Shown here one piece after another: positions 1 through 12,585 of a DNA stretch of 64,000 nt. The stretch comes from Marsupella aquatica (Eukaryota > Plantae > Marchantiophyta). The translations under genes and the position numbers were made by a program. Where the stretch lies: the NCBI GenBank assembly GCA_973895155.1, contig OZ316893.1:26400798-26464797 (forward strand). Direction: 5' to 3'. Below the pieces are notes generated by a model. It did not search any database. It was not told where the DNA came from and saw nothing but the letters and a program-made list of their open reading frames with translations. Numbering within the stretch: the first letter of the stretch is position 1; each line of letters starts with the position of its first letter.

Positions 1-2429
1 GTAAGAAAATACTCCGAGATCCATTGACATGTGCTATGCAACCTTTTTTTGTCTTCAAATGACTATATTTATTTCTTTTGAAGTATGGGTTTAGGGTCAA
101 CATTTTTTGTGTTATGTTCCTTATTCTTTGAAATGGGAATCAGCCCTTCAAAACTTTACATGTGCGTTGCACCCCTTTTTAGAAGCATGCCTCACCTCTT
201 TGACATGAGTGTTCCTATGCAGCAATATGGATGCAAGCGAGATGTCTGGGTCAAAATTATTGAACTCAATGATGGCTAATAAAAGTTGAGCTGGCAAGAG
301 CTCAATTCACCCGACCATGCCCCTTTCATGATCTGCACCACTTCCTTAGTGGAATTCCAAAGAGATTTCCCTGAGTGGTGGACTGTGGTTCAATATTACC
401 ATCTTGCCCTCAATCATACAGTTCCCTTGTCGGACCTTTGGATTTGTGCCACATATAGTTATTGTGAGACATTCATGCAAAGGAAGTGATTCCAAGTGTC
501 TACACACTTGGCTGATGTTTGTGGATCAACAAGTAGAGTTACCTTACCCTGACTTATCAAGGATGTCATACTTGTGACTTGGTCGGGTGAGGGTGAAGAG
601 GAATAATAGTAGCCAAGAGACTAGATCTTATATAAGTCATTTGCACCTGTCGACATCACATAATAATTAAGGGTGCATTATTTTATATTGTGATGCTCTC
701 ATGTCCTCCGTCTGAATTGTGCCACCACATATGTTGAGGTAACTTGTTTTTGAGATATTGATTAGGAGTTACATTAATGATGTGTTTGTGACCCTTCACA
801 TGGTATATGACAAACTTAATTTCTTTATCATTTGTCTCTTTATGTAGTGAAGGCATACACTCCTAAAGGGCAACCAAATATCCACATCCCTAAAATTTAT
901 TTCCCAAATAATAAGAACTTCCATACAATAATGGCTCTTGGAGATTACCTGGAACCACCTCATGAGATCTATGGTGTGATGAACTGGATCTGGATCCAAG
1001 GTCTGTGCTATGGCTACACCGGATGGACCTCCCTGGTTAACGGGTGCCTCATGCACAAAAGCCTCTTGCGCAATTGATGTTGCCTCCGTTGCACGCCACC
1101 TCCTCAAGTGCTCGATGCGCTCACGTGACATGTCAAGTAACCAGTGAATAATTGTGGCATGTGTCGTGTCAGGATCATTGCCTAATAAGAGCCTCAACTC
1201 CTCCCACTCATCCCACCGCTCAAGTGGGACCCGGATTGCAGGCTTGGCATTTGGTCTCCTTTTTTTGTAATCTATGACATCACTAGGATACTTTGGTCTT
1301 GGAGGACCACCACCCCAAGAAGGTCAGGTGGCTCACCCCCATGTTCACCAGGAGTACTCATAGTGTCACTACCTAAAATGAAAGAAATAGCAAAATGAAG
1401 ACCAAATGCCAAGCCCCTCCGATGACTAAGGAAACAAAGAGCAAAACAAATGTATGAAATGGTCCCTACCTAATCCAATGTGCAACCTATCTCATTGCGC
1501 AAATGAACTAATGGTCTTGGAATTCTTGATTTATGATCCATACCCCCCCCTCTCACCGCTAGACACTAGTCTCCCATTGGGTATCATAAAATGCCTCAGG
1601 TCATTGGGAGGCGTTGGATTTCAGATCCAAGGGCCCTAGTAATGTACCATACTCAACTACCACACATGATTTGTTTTTCACGATCACCTTATGGTGGGCA
1701 CAAGGCATTTTAGGGTCGTTGGATTGATCATTGGAACAACCCAAATCTCATAGTCTAGTCAAGATCCTGTGGAACTCTGCAAGTGCAGGTATGGTCATGC
1801 ACATAAAAGTGGTCAAAATCAAGGCTCAAGCTCAAGACCTCCTCTGTACCAAGCAAATACGCCAGCCACAAGCCATCAAGACTGATATACTAAGCTAAAT
1901 CCTAAAGTATACAAGAACAGAAAATAAGAGTTTGAGTTGTATTGCAACTGCCATCCGAAACACTCTCCAACTAATTCAAAATTTTCTCCTGGACCAATCA
2001 AAATTCAGGGAAATTGAATTGGTCGTTCCAGGCTTATTTTGGCTCAAAACTTTCCCTGAATTTCCCTATCGTAGATCTCCTCGAGATCTTTCAGCTGATC
2101 CCGAGGTCTCATCAAGCGGTGTAGTATCAGCGTCAAGGTGAGTCAAAATTGCACTGCCCGAAAGAGGTGCGCTGGCCCAAAAAGAGGCCCGACACTTGAT
2201 TCAGTTCATTAATGCTGGCTCTGGGTACTTGGATTTGCGGTTTAATAATATTTGAAGCATCCTAGTGTAACCACACTGACATTTTGGTGTATACATTTTT
2301 ATAAATTAAACAATGAAAACAAGTTTGCGCTAACCTGGATAAGTACATGAAATCAAATGTTATGACCAGAATGTTTGCAGTATTGCTGGAGGATTGAGAG
2401 GCCCTAGTAAACTCAAAACTAGTGAAGAC

Positions 2430-3180
2430 CAACAGTAGTATTAGAGTCAATTGTATTTAAGTGTAGGCTTCTAGTATTTTGCCCCAAGCCTACATTTATC
2501 CATAGCATTCACTATGTTATAACTGCACGAGATATATATTTTATGCACTTCTCGATATGTGCATGATCTGCACTACCCAATAATTGTTGGGAAAAAACTG
2601 TCACGAAACAACCACAAGTGCAACTAGCAAACATGCACACACCAACACCAAGAGATGCGTGGTTCATTTTTGTCAAGGCTACGTTAACAAGAACACACAA
2701 GAACTTTACTAAGCTTTGGCTACCATGGCCACAAAAAGCCTCCTTGCACAAGCTCTCCTCCTAGCACCTAGCTAGATCCCTCAACAATGAGCATGAGTCT
2801 CCAAGAAGAGCTCTCCCTAGCCCCTCTATATGCTAGGTGCAAGAGTTGCAATTAATCGCCATTAACACCCTAATGGTGGTTTAGCCTAAGTAACTAACAT
2901 GAATGTGTTGTCAGGTCACCCACATCAAGCTCCTTGTACTCTGGGCCCTTACCAGTAATAGAGTATGGTAATATTAGAGTCAATTGTGTTTAAGCGCAGA
3001 CTTCACCAAGTCTACATTTACCCACAACATGCATTATGTTATAAGTGCACGGGATATAATTTATGCACTTTTAGATATGTGCGTGATCTGTACTATTCAA
3101 TAATTACATGGGGATCCGTGAATGTGTTGTCAAGTCACCCACATCAGGCTCCTTGTACCCTGGGCCCTTATCAATAATAG
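2430..3180. repeat. Imperfect tandem duplication (A-B / A'-B') whose first copy is interrupted by an LTR-like insert
   Basis: ATTAGAGTCAATTGT...AATAATT at ~2440-2585 and ~2973-3106. GAATGTGTTGTCA.GTCACCCACATCA.GCTCCTTGTAC.CTGGGCCCTTA..A.TAATAG at ~2901-2961 and ~3120-3180. Confidence 0.8.
2585..2899 (-). mobile_element. Probable solo LTR (~315 bp)
   Basis: Ends TGTT...AACA. Present in only one copy of the local duplication. TATA-like CATATAGAG and a T/G-rich U5-like end on the minus strand. TSD imperfect (ATAAT/TGAAT). Confidence 0.55.
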
Positions 3181-3697
3181 CTTATGGTTTACATATCATT
3201 GTTAAATGCACATTTATGCTCCATCAGTGCACTGTCCTCCCACCCTGAATTATACATCCCTACCCCATAAGTGCAATTTGTACTCTACTAAAAAATGCCA
3301 CACAATTATCAGTAAGTGTGCAATTAGATGGGATTTGCACTTAATACAACTGTCCATTTTAACACTTATCAAGTTTTTGCACTTATAAAGCTATCATTTA
3401 GCAAAAACATTTGAGGTATTTTTCCAATTACAAAAGTGGAAGAGAAGTGTTTGCTCCATGTACAAGAAAAGAAAGAACGTAAAGCCTTCGCAGTTAGCCA
3501 GGCTTGCACCTAGAGTGTGCACTTAGAGAGGGACGACTGTATTAGGTTTTGCACGGTAAAGAAACGGAAAACTCGTGATTGTTGCGGACACACATTTCTC
3601 GAGAACACACAATCAATCATCGGACATCGACAGAAACAGAGAACGTCGTTGGTACTCTGTTTCCTCTCGTTTCCTCTCGTTTGATTACCTTTGTCTC

Positions 3698-3705
3698 GCG
3701 CGAAA
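3698..3705 (-). promoter_or_regulatory. Canonical E2F site (TTTCGCGC) ~200 bp upstream of the SWI3A ATG
   Basis: GCGCGAAA on the + strand within CTCGCGCGAAATTCGCGGAA. Matches the TTTSSCGC E2F consensus at a proximal-promoter position. Confidence 0.5.
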
Positions 3706-3908
3706 TTCGCGGAAGTCCGCGAAGAGGGAAAGGAAACGAAGGGATCCGAAAGGGATGAGAGGGAAGAAGAGAAGTGGACATGGAGGGACTGGGGGGAGGC
3801 AAGAAGTTTAGATAATCGGAAGAACAATTTGGTTTGAGCGGCAGAAAGTGGAGGGCATTAGAGGAGAGGAGAGGAGAGGAGAGGAGAGAAAGAAAGAACG
3901 AGGGCGCA

Positions 3909-6900
3909 ATGGCGGGTAATGATATGTGGTTGTCGCAACAACAGCATCGGCAACAACGCTTTCCCACCAATCCCCCGTTGGCGTTGTTGCAGCAGCAGCA
4001 GCAGCAGCAGCCGAGGGTCTCGCTGCCGCACGAAGTGAGCGAGGCGTTGTTTGGGAAAAGAAAGCGGGGGACTACCCCTATGGGTGCAGGAGGAGGGCAG
4101 GATGGTGGTGGTAGTGGTAGTGGTATTGGTGGAGCAGGAGCAGTAGGAGGAGAGGCCGAGGGTGGGGGTGGTGGTGATCACACGCTGCTCCCGATGACGA
4201 ATCTAGATAGTGGACGCTCGTTGAAGAGACGGAATGGAGCAGAGGGGGTTGTGGGAGGAGGAGGAGGAGCAGGAGGAGGGTCGAGTCAGGTTGGGTTTGA
4301 CAAAGAAGGGACGGGTGGCGGAGGAGTGGAAACTAGGAAGAGGAAGAGTTTGGAAAAGCTGGGTTCTGCTGCCCTTTCGTCAGAGCAGCAGGATGTCGTG
4401 AGCACTGTTCCAACGGACAGCCGGAGCAGCAAGAAACGAAAGGGAGGAGGAGCAGGAGAGGGGAGCAATGGGGTTGAACTGGGGGAAGCAAGTGACGAGG
4501 GCCCAGTCGCACAAGGTTGGTTTGGTTAAGTTTGGTTTCCACCTTCTTCTTGTCTCACTTCCTCCCTTCTCATTGTCTCCCTCCTAATCACTTCTCTTCG
4601 CCTTTCCTCGGCCTGGAATACTGCAATGAGGGTATGGTGTAGTGTCCTAGACGGTTTAACTCGGAGGACAAGGGTCCAATGCTTAAGGCTTTCATCTCTT
4701 TAGCATACCTTCTTTAAGATTTTGGATGAAATGAAACATTTTTATCCCGCATGCGTAATGTTTAGGGCAATTTCCTTGCAAGAAGTGAGGTTAATTGTGC
4801 ACACATTAAAATCGGACGCCGTCGGGCTCAGAAATTTCGGAGCGTTACGCTCTTCCTATTTCCGACCAGGGTTTGCCCTTGTCATGTTGTTGGTCAAATA
4901 TTTTCTTTAAATCCAGAAACTCCTTTTCATCAGCACCCCTGTAGGACCCTTTCTTGATCGTCGTGAAGGTTCTAGAGAGCATGGCACTTTTATCGGCTCT
5001 TTCGGATTCTTGTTCTTTCTTTTCCCCTTTACTTCCTGGCTGCCTCGTACTGTTGTGGTTCCGCTTCAGCATGGCGCAAGAATGACTAGTTGACTAACCT
5101 TTGTTCAGCGACTTTTGTAGGCTTGTCTGTGCCTTCAAATCGCCTTGTTGGCGGTGCTGAGGCATCTTGTCTCTGGTCCTTCCCGTACTCCTGGCAAACG
5201 GATTCTCTTAAGGCATTAAAGCACATAAAAATAGCGGTGGTCAGTTAAGGATTCAGGGCTTGTTTTCGCTCTATCAATGAACTGCACCAGAAGGTCCTGC
5301 ACGGTCTGCCCGATCCTTTTGCTCGAGCAAGGGGTAATATACAGGTGTAAGTTGTTCGTATCGTAATGTCTCTGGATTAATACGTCGAAGAAGATTAATT
5401 ATATGAGTTCTGACTGTGTAGCAGGTCCGGCCTTGCGAATTCGTTTTACCCGTAGAGGTAATGCTTTTGCCGTCACCAAGAAGGGTCCCGCTGAGGGTAT
5501 GGCTGTTGAGGGTGCCCAAAATGTGGAAGAGGACGATGGAGGTGTTGATGGAGAAGCCCAAGATATTGATGAAGTAGGCCAAGGTTACCGACCGCGAGGA
5601 AGCTCTGATGTAGGCCCTAGCAAGCCAAATAGGATGGAAGGAGAACCTTCAAGTTCAGATGGCCCGATTAATCAAGGAAAGGCCCAACAACCCTTTGGGG
5701 CAGCAATTGCTGATGGTACAGCAAATTCGGTGCCAACTAGAAACCCGGAATCACGCCAACCTTTGACCCGGGAGATTTATAAAGTTCCCAGTCACGCAGG
5801 TTAGTTGTCATCATCCTTCCTAATAGTAAGGTCCATTTCTATTCACTAGTTCTTGCGGAACGAGTTCACTCTGTAATTCTTTGTTCGGTTTTCTGTTGCA
5901 AAATCTTCAGTTGCATAAGTGATGTAGGGCTGTCAGGACCCGGCCTGCCAATCGATTGTGATACCGTAAATGTATTTTTAAAAGGGAGCCATAAGGTTTG
6001 TGAGGGTTTAGATTATTCAGTAGAGATTCTTACCACGTCCTAAAAAATTTCAGGCTGGTTCACGTGGCTGAAAATTCATAACGTTGAGCGACGGGCGTTG
6101 AGTGAATTCTTTGATGGCAAGTCAATTTCGAAGACCCCAAAGATATACAAGGACTATCGGGATTTCATAATCAACAAATATAGGGAGAATATGCAACGCA
6201 CTCTCACATTCACTGAAGTGAGAAGGATGCTTATAGGAGATGTAAATGCTATACGTAGGGTGTTTGATTTCCTAGATCATTGGGGTCTCATCAATCATCA
6301 GGTTGTTCAAGAAAGTAATGACCAGTTGCCTGGTGAGGGCCCTTCTTCGATACAGATAGTCGTAGAGCCGATTCCAACTGGTATGCGGATGTCACTTGGT
6401 CCTAATGTAGCCCCTTCAGCTACTCCAGCCCGTTCTAGTCAACCAGACTCTTTCAGTGCTGTGTCTGGTCTCCAGTCGGAAACACTCTCGTCTTATAAGA
6501 ATGTTTTCACCCCTGTAAGTGGGGAGGGAGTGCCTTCGACTGCCGAAGCTTCAGGGAAATCGCTTCCTAGATACACCTGCAATTCTTGCGGTGGAGATTG
6601 CACAAAGCTACGATTTCGCTGCAGAAAAGAGCACCAGGTTGGTTTATGCTCTTTTGTGTTTTCTTCCTGTTTATTTGGAATATGTGATCGTTGTCATACC
6701 CTTGGAGTTTCATGCAGATCGTAGCGATTTCGACATGTCATCTGGTTAACAGGCATAGTTTCATGCGAGAGCTTTCTTTGGGCAATAATTACTGACCACA
6801 TGATGTCCTCAATTCTGGCAGCCCGACTATAATTTGTGTGCCGAATGTTTCAAAAATGGAACGTATGGACCCGGGATGGTAGCCATAGACTTCACCCGCG

Positions 6901-8964
6901 TCGAGGCTCAAACAGAAGCATCTGGTGACCAGTGGACCGCAAAGGAGACTCTAAGTTTATTGGAGGCCCTCATGCGCTACGGTGATAATTGGAACCAGGT
7001 TGCTGAACATGTCGGTTCTAAATCCAAGAGTGACTGTGTTGGACGGTTCATACAGCTTCCTTTTGGGGACCGCTTTCTAAGTGAAGCAGGCGCTTTTCAA
7101 CCAACTTCCAAGGTTGGGGAGAACACAACTGCGACCTCAGTAGGGGGCACTGACGCGCTCGCAGACGTTCATGTTGGGGAAACAAGTAGAACTTCAGTTG
7201 GTACCGAACAGATTACTATCGATGGCAATGGAACTGCCGCCACTTCAAAGCCTACGGGAGCTGCTGTCATGGATGGGCCATCTCCTTTCGAAGATGTCAG
7301 CCATCCCCTGCTTGCCCAGGTATCCGAGCTGTCTGTGGGTGCCGATCGGTTCTTAAATTGCCTGTCTTCCGAGTCTTTCTTTTCTGCATTACTCCAAACT
7401 TCTCTTTGTGGTTTCCAGCTGAGAGTAAGGAGGTCTCCATTTTGATAGGACGTGTTGAGGTCGCAGCAGGATGTCAAAGACTGATTGGGTGGGTTCTTCG
7501 GCTGTCCTAGGTAGCTTTCATGTCTGCTGCGGTTGGTCCCCGTGTGGCTGCAGCTGCTGCTGAGGCAGCAATTATGTCTATTGCCGAAGAGGAACCTGCT
7601 GTGGCAAACCTTCCTTTGATGAATGGTCACGCTCTTCAATCTTTTGTTCTTAAGGAAGGTGTCACTTCAGGGCGACCAAACTCTGAAAGGTAGAGAAGTC
7701 TTTTCCTTGTATTTTAGTGTACTCATTATCTGTATTCCCATGTGGCTTCAAATTACTTTAGAACAGTATCATCTGGCTGTTTCATTGTGCTAATTGATTC
7801 CCCACGGCTTGCTTTCTCTCTGAAGTGAACTGCATTTTCTGTATGTGCAGCCTAATGGAGCCCTCCAGGCCAGGGACTAGACATCATGCGGCTTTGTCAC
7901 AGCAAGGTATATTTATATTTCTCATAGATAGCCGAGAGGTCGTTTAGGTTCACGTAAGACCTGTGAGGACTAGGCTGTGCACTCTGGTGGATGTGATCAT
8001 CCAGAGGTTTGCTGACATTTATTTCAAGATTACCATGCCTTCACATTTATCGGAAATAACCGGGATGAAGGAATGTTTCGTCATTATGCTCATGGTCTTT
8101 CAGTGTTGGTTCTTGTACTAGCCCTTTGGAAGACGTCTCTGGTCATTTATCTACGTAAAAACAATTCAGGCTCAAAGTCTGTCTCCAGCTCGTTCAACTT
8201 CTGACTCCTCATGAACAGAAAAAGAATCATCACCGCTTTTTCCACTGATGTTTGACATTGCGTATCCAAACTGCTGCATAGCATTTCGGATTTTTGTCCA
8301 TGCAATGAGTAATTTGTGGACTTTATTGACTTTCAAAGGCCTGCAACATCCATTAGGGGAGAAAGACAAGGATGGTGTTCCTTCTGTGGCGCAAATAAAA
8401 GCAAACATTGGAACAGCACTTGGAGCGGCAGCTGCAAATGCTAAGCTTCTTGCAGACCAAGAGGAGCGGCAAATGGAACATCTTATGTCTGACATCATTG
8501 AGAACCAGGTTTGTGCCTTCTACGCATGTGGATTTTGTGAGACCCAAGCTCCAATTGGACCTGACCCATTCATTTTAAACGTGCTAAATTTAATTGACTT
8601 GGTCCAATGTTTGACTGAAGTATCACTTAGTTCTAAATCAGTTTAATGTCCACTTAGTGTCCGAGGAATTTTGATCTGCGAGGCATCAACTGCTTGTATA
8701 CATCTTCTTCTCTCGAACACTAATGTGAGATGATTTATTTCACTTGACGTTTAGAGGGAGACGAATGTTATTGTCTGACATGTGGAATTTTTGCTGTTTT
8801 AGTTGAAGAGGCTGCATGCAAAAATGGAGCACTTTGAGGAGCTAGAAATTCTCGTAGAGAAGGAACGGTTACAACTGGAACAAGCCCGACAGTTGCTTTA
8901 TGCTCATCACATTCAGTTTGCTGAGTCTCGGTTCTACTTGAATCGAGAAAGACATGGTTTATAG
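3909..8964 (+). CDS. SWI3A: SWI/SNF complex subunit SWI3A-like (SWIRM, ZZ-like Zn finger, SANT, SWIRM-associated/coiled coil), ~876 aa, 8 exons
   Basis: Exons 3909-4515, 5425-5799, 6054-6637, 6822-7319, 7511-7689, 7851-7906, 8339-8508, 8803-8964. All junctions GT-AG, phases consistent, total 2631 nt. Motifs: SWIRM YKVPSHAGWF...SISKTPKIYKDYRDFIINKYRE...VFDFLDHWGLIN; CNSC...C...LCAECF; SANT WTAKETLSLLEALMRYGDNWNQVAEHVGSKSKSDC; VAFMSAAVGPRVAAAAA; AAAANAKLLADQEERQMEHL. Subclass A is assigned from recalled similarity of the SWIRM sequence to plant SWI3A. Start codon inferred. Confidence 0.92.
3991..4010 (+). repeat. (CAG)n coding microsatellite, poly-Q in the SWI3A N-terminus
   Basis: CAGCAGCAGCAGCAGCAGCAG encodes LLQQQQQQQP. 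Confidence 0.9.
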
Positions 8965-11456
8965 TTACGGTCTCAGGGGAACCTGTGCTTCTCTGCCACA
9001 CCAATTATAAGGATTTTTGGCTAGGACAGGCCACCTCTGTGCTGGCTCTCTCTGAGGCCTCTCATTCCTTAAAGATTAGTTTACAATTTTCCCAGGCTTG
9101 CGCCGCCTTCTGAATTTAATCGAATCTATTTGTAGTCTTGAATGTGTAAAAGTAGTATCCCTTTCACATTGCCAGAAATGAGCTCAAATTGTGAGGAGCT
9201 GTGGCCTTTTAACTTGGCCACAGTGTAGCCTCGTAACTTGAGTAACTGGAGCCTTGGCTGTGTACTTAATCGACGGGAAAAATTGAAGCACCCTTAGGAT
9301 GAATTGGGTGGCAGGGTGCTGTATGTGCTTTCCCCTTGTCCCACCGAACGTAGTCGCGACTTTATTTATGTTGTGCAGGTTACATTCCAATCCGCGCAAA
9401 GGTTAGCTTATATCAAAGTCCTTTTCATGTTTGATGCTTGATGGAGTTAATCCGGTTAACGGATTGTTACTACCAATGGTGAGTGATACTTGACGGAGAT
9501 AATTTTCGGTAAGGTATAGTTGCTACCTTTGACGATCATCGGCTGCAGATTCAATATTAAGCTCAAGTTCCGGAGTTGTCTATCGAACTGCAACTTTCAA
9601 GTCCAAACAGTCTTCCTGACTGGAGTCTGTTTCTGTACCTTTTGTTGAAAATATTCTGATAGGTGTTCAGCTTGAGAAATCTTTCCTGGAATAATATTTC
9701 CTTTTCGCCAAACTCGGGCCTCTGGTTAATTGTATGTCTATTGACCATGGAAGGTCAATATGAAGGATCCTATCGGCTAGTGCTGTGAAGTGCCTCAGAG
9801 TCAACAATTGGTGTCTTTCTGAACCATTCAAGTCCAATCCAACGAATCGATTCGTGGATCTCAGGGCTTCGCATTCCCGCCTGAAAAGGTGTCCTTGTCA
9901 GGATTTCCTTGTTGGTTTCACTTTTCCAGTTCGATTGGTTTCTTCTGTTAACGCCATCTAAGTTCTATGCACCCTGCTGCCTGCACAACTCTTTCTTTCT
10001 CTGCTTCTGGGTCATGTACGTCAGCTTATTTGGAAGGTATTATCATCTGGGCATTGTTCCTCCTACAGGTTTTTTGGTCTCTTTGATTCTGTGTCTCATG
10101 TATTGGAGCTTACTTGGAAGGTTTTCATTCAATGAATCAAGCCCACATCAAAGCAGTTTCATTCCTGAGTGCTGGTGCGCACTTTAGCGGCAACCATACT
10201 TCTGTTTGGGGGAGATCTTAGTGATGACTCATAATGGTCTCGTCGTTGTTTGGAAGTAGTTAAATTTCCTCGAGTATTTTTTGAATGAGTACAATGCTTT
10301 CTGAAGGTATTTATATGTTGGCCTTCACTGTATGTTGTATGTTCCAAGACTGGAGACAGAAACGGGAGCTGTCGCTGGGTAAGTTGTAATGGCGAATTTG
10401 AAGCTGCATACTTTTCCTGTGTAAATCCCAACCTTCCAAGGTTATAAACCTTTGCCTTGGATCGATTTAAACCCCTTCTGGAAAGTGCCATGTGCCGGAT
10501 CTTGTCATGTCAACTACCATGAAAATTATTCTAGCCAAGTTCTGAAACTAAAGTTATTTGGTTACCCCCTAAAATAAGTCTAATGTGTCTGAAACTTAAA
10601 GTGAGGAACGTTGTGGCGCGCCCACTCTAAACCACACCAAAATCAAATGTTTCAACATGACACTGATTTACAAATTCCACTCCCTCGCTGCCAATCACGA
10701 AGTCCATCAGACGGGGAAAATAGTTGTTTCAATGTCAATGTGCTCGGCTTTCCACATTCCTATGCTGCTATGGACTTTTCTGTTAAGTCTTATTCAGAGA
10801 TTTTGTGTGCGTGTGTTTTTATTTCCATGTGACTTAATAAGGTGAATCATGTGTATCATGTAGATTTTGAATTAATTTTGGTACCCCATTCAACTTTTGT
10901 CATCCTGAATACTTTGAATTTATTTTGGCTCCCCTCGCAATTTTCTAATCTTTCCTATACTAAAGACCAGGATCCTGCTAATTTTAGATTTCAATTCTAC
11001 AAATACAAGTTAATAGAAGTTCTAGCTTTTCTCATGAGTGGAATGATTTTGAACAATGTGCACACTTGGTGTCCTAAGTTCCCCTTGTGGTTTTCTTCAC
11101 TAAGTTCATGGTCTTAATTGAATGGACTGTCAATACCTAGGGCAAGTGAAGATGTGTACCTTATGTTCACAACTTTTAGGTAGCTTTGTACTTTCCTGGT
11201 CATTAAGTGCTTTTCTTTGCATGATTGTGCTCTACTTATGCTTTTGTGTATTATCGGGAAAACAATCGGATATTGGAGTCGGGGTCCGATGTTGATAGAG
11301 ACAGTGGCAGAGAAGACCAAGTGGCTAGATTGCATTTGGTTATTCCTGGAGAAATCTTACCAAGGTGATTAGGACAGTGATGGTGGGGCAAGTGGAGTGC
11401 AGTTGCATTGGTAGCCAGAGTGCAATGGTTGGAAGGGTGTGGTCTGACATGACAGT

Positions 11457-11904
11457 TTTTTTTTTTTTTCAAGGGAGGCAACCGCCCAAAGAACCGCCAC
11501 CACCCGGGACAAAGGCCACCCGGACGGAAGCAGACCGCGGCCAACGGCAAACAAGGCCACAAACAAACACCAAACCTAATCCGGCCAAGGGTGCCACCCG
11601 GGGCCCCAATGGTGGTCAATCGCAAGCGACCGCCACACGCTAGAACACCTCATGCTACCATGCTGGATCCAAATGCTATTACTGCTGCCACGTAGAGTCC
11701 TGTGGTTGTGGTGCCGCCGTCTCTGTCTAACCTGAAAGGGGTCTTTGTAAGTCTCGGGACAGCCAAGGATCTGAAACCTCTGAACCGGCCACAGGTCAAT
11801 CTTCACTATCATCAGTGGTAGAGCTGAGGGACACAGGGCTATCAATCTGTTCCCAGGGGAGAAGCGCGGTTTGGAGTTGCCCAATGGCAGCCCGCAGTTG
11901 TCTT
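11457..11904 (-). mobile_element. 5'-truncated non-LTR retroposon (LINE/SINE-type) insertion with poly(A) tail and 15-bp TSD
   Basis: T-run at 11456-11469 is poly(A) on the minus strand. Flanking direct repeats GTCTGACATGACAGT (11442-11456) and GTCTAACATGACAGT (11905-11919), one mismatch. Confidence 0.8.
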
Positions 11905-12399
11905 GTCTAACATGACAGTGAGTGGGAGTGTAAGAAAACCTCAAGGTTGGCTAAAGGAGTGTATTGATTGAGACAGTTTAGTGCAGTAGGAATACTGAGA
12001 TCCAGATCCAATTAGATGTAACACACATTTGCATCCAATGTAAAACTCAACCAGAGCTTTGCTTCCTAGGCAAAGGATCCATTGTATTCAACTAGTTACA
12101 TCAATTTCTTCATAAACTACACAACCTTCAACAGTTGGGATAATCCCTTCCACCCGAGACATACCAATGCCCAAGTGCATCTCTCAAATTTCCTCACTTC
12201 TATTGGTACTTCTCAATGCTTTGGAATATAGAACCACTCCCAATCCTTGCCTTAAAATCCAATTTTCACTCTAACAACTGCCATAACTACCTTGTTCCAA
12301 GAATCAGTGGTTACAACAACTAACTGCCAAGAACTTGTCCATTTGAACTATCTGAGTTATGTTCACTGTGCAATTTATGTGCATATGTCTTTTTGTTTG

Positions 12400-12585
12400 A
12401 ATGTCATTTTATTAGTGTTTCACTTTTGTTGCATATGTCTTCATGTTTGACTGTCATTTTATTAGTGTTTCACTTTTCGTTGGTTATTCTTATTGTAAAC
12501 TACACCTCTTTGCTAAGTTCCTCGTTGCTAAGTTCCTCTTTGGTGTTCCTCTTTGCTAAGTTCCTCTTTGCTAAGTTCCTCTTTC
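12400..12585. repeat. Local short tandem duplications
   Basis: TGTCATTTTATTAGTGTTTCACTTTT twice, then about five degenerate copies of TTTGCTAAGTTCCTC. Confidence 0.75.

Noticed and set aside
280-1400. ORFs of 67-133 aa at the window start
   Set aside because: Fragmentary with no identifiable domain. Probably decayed transposon sequence, but I cannot support a call.
7320-7510. U12-type intron in SWI3A (donor GTATCC)
   Set aside because: The donor continues GA rather than TT, and there is no TCCTTAAC-like branch site.
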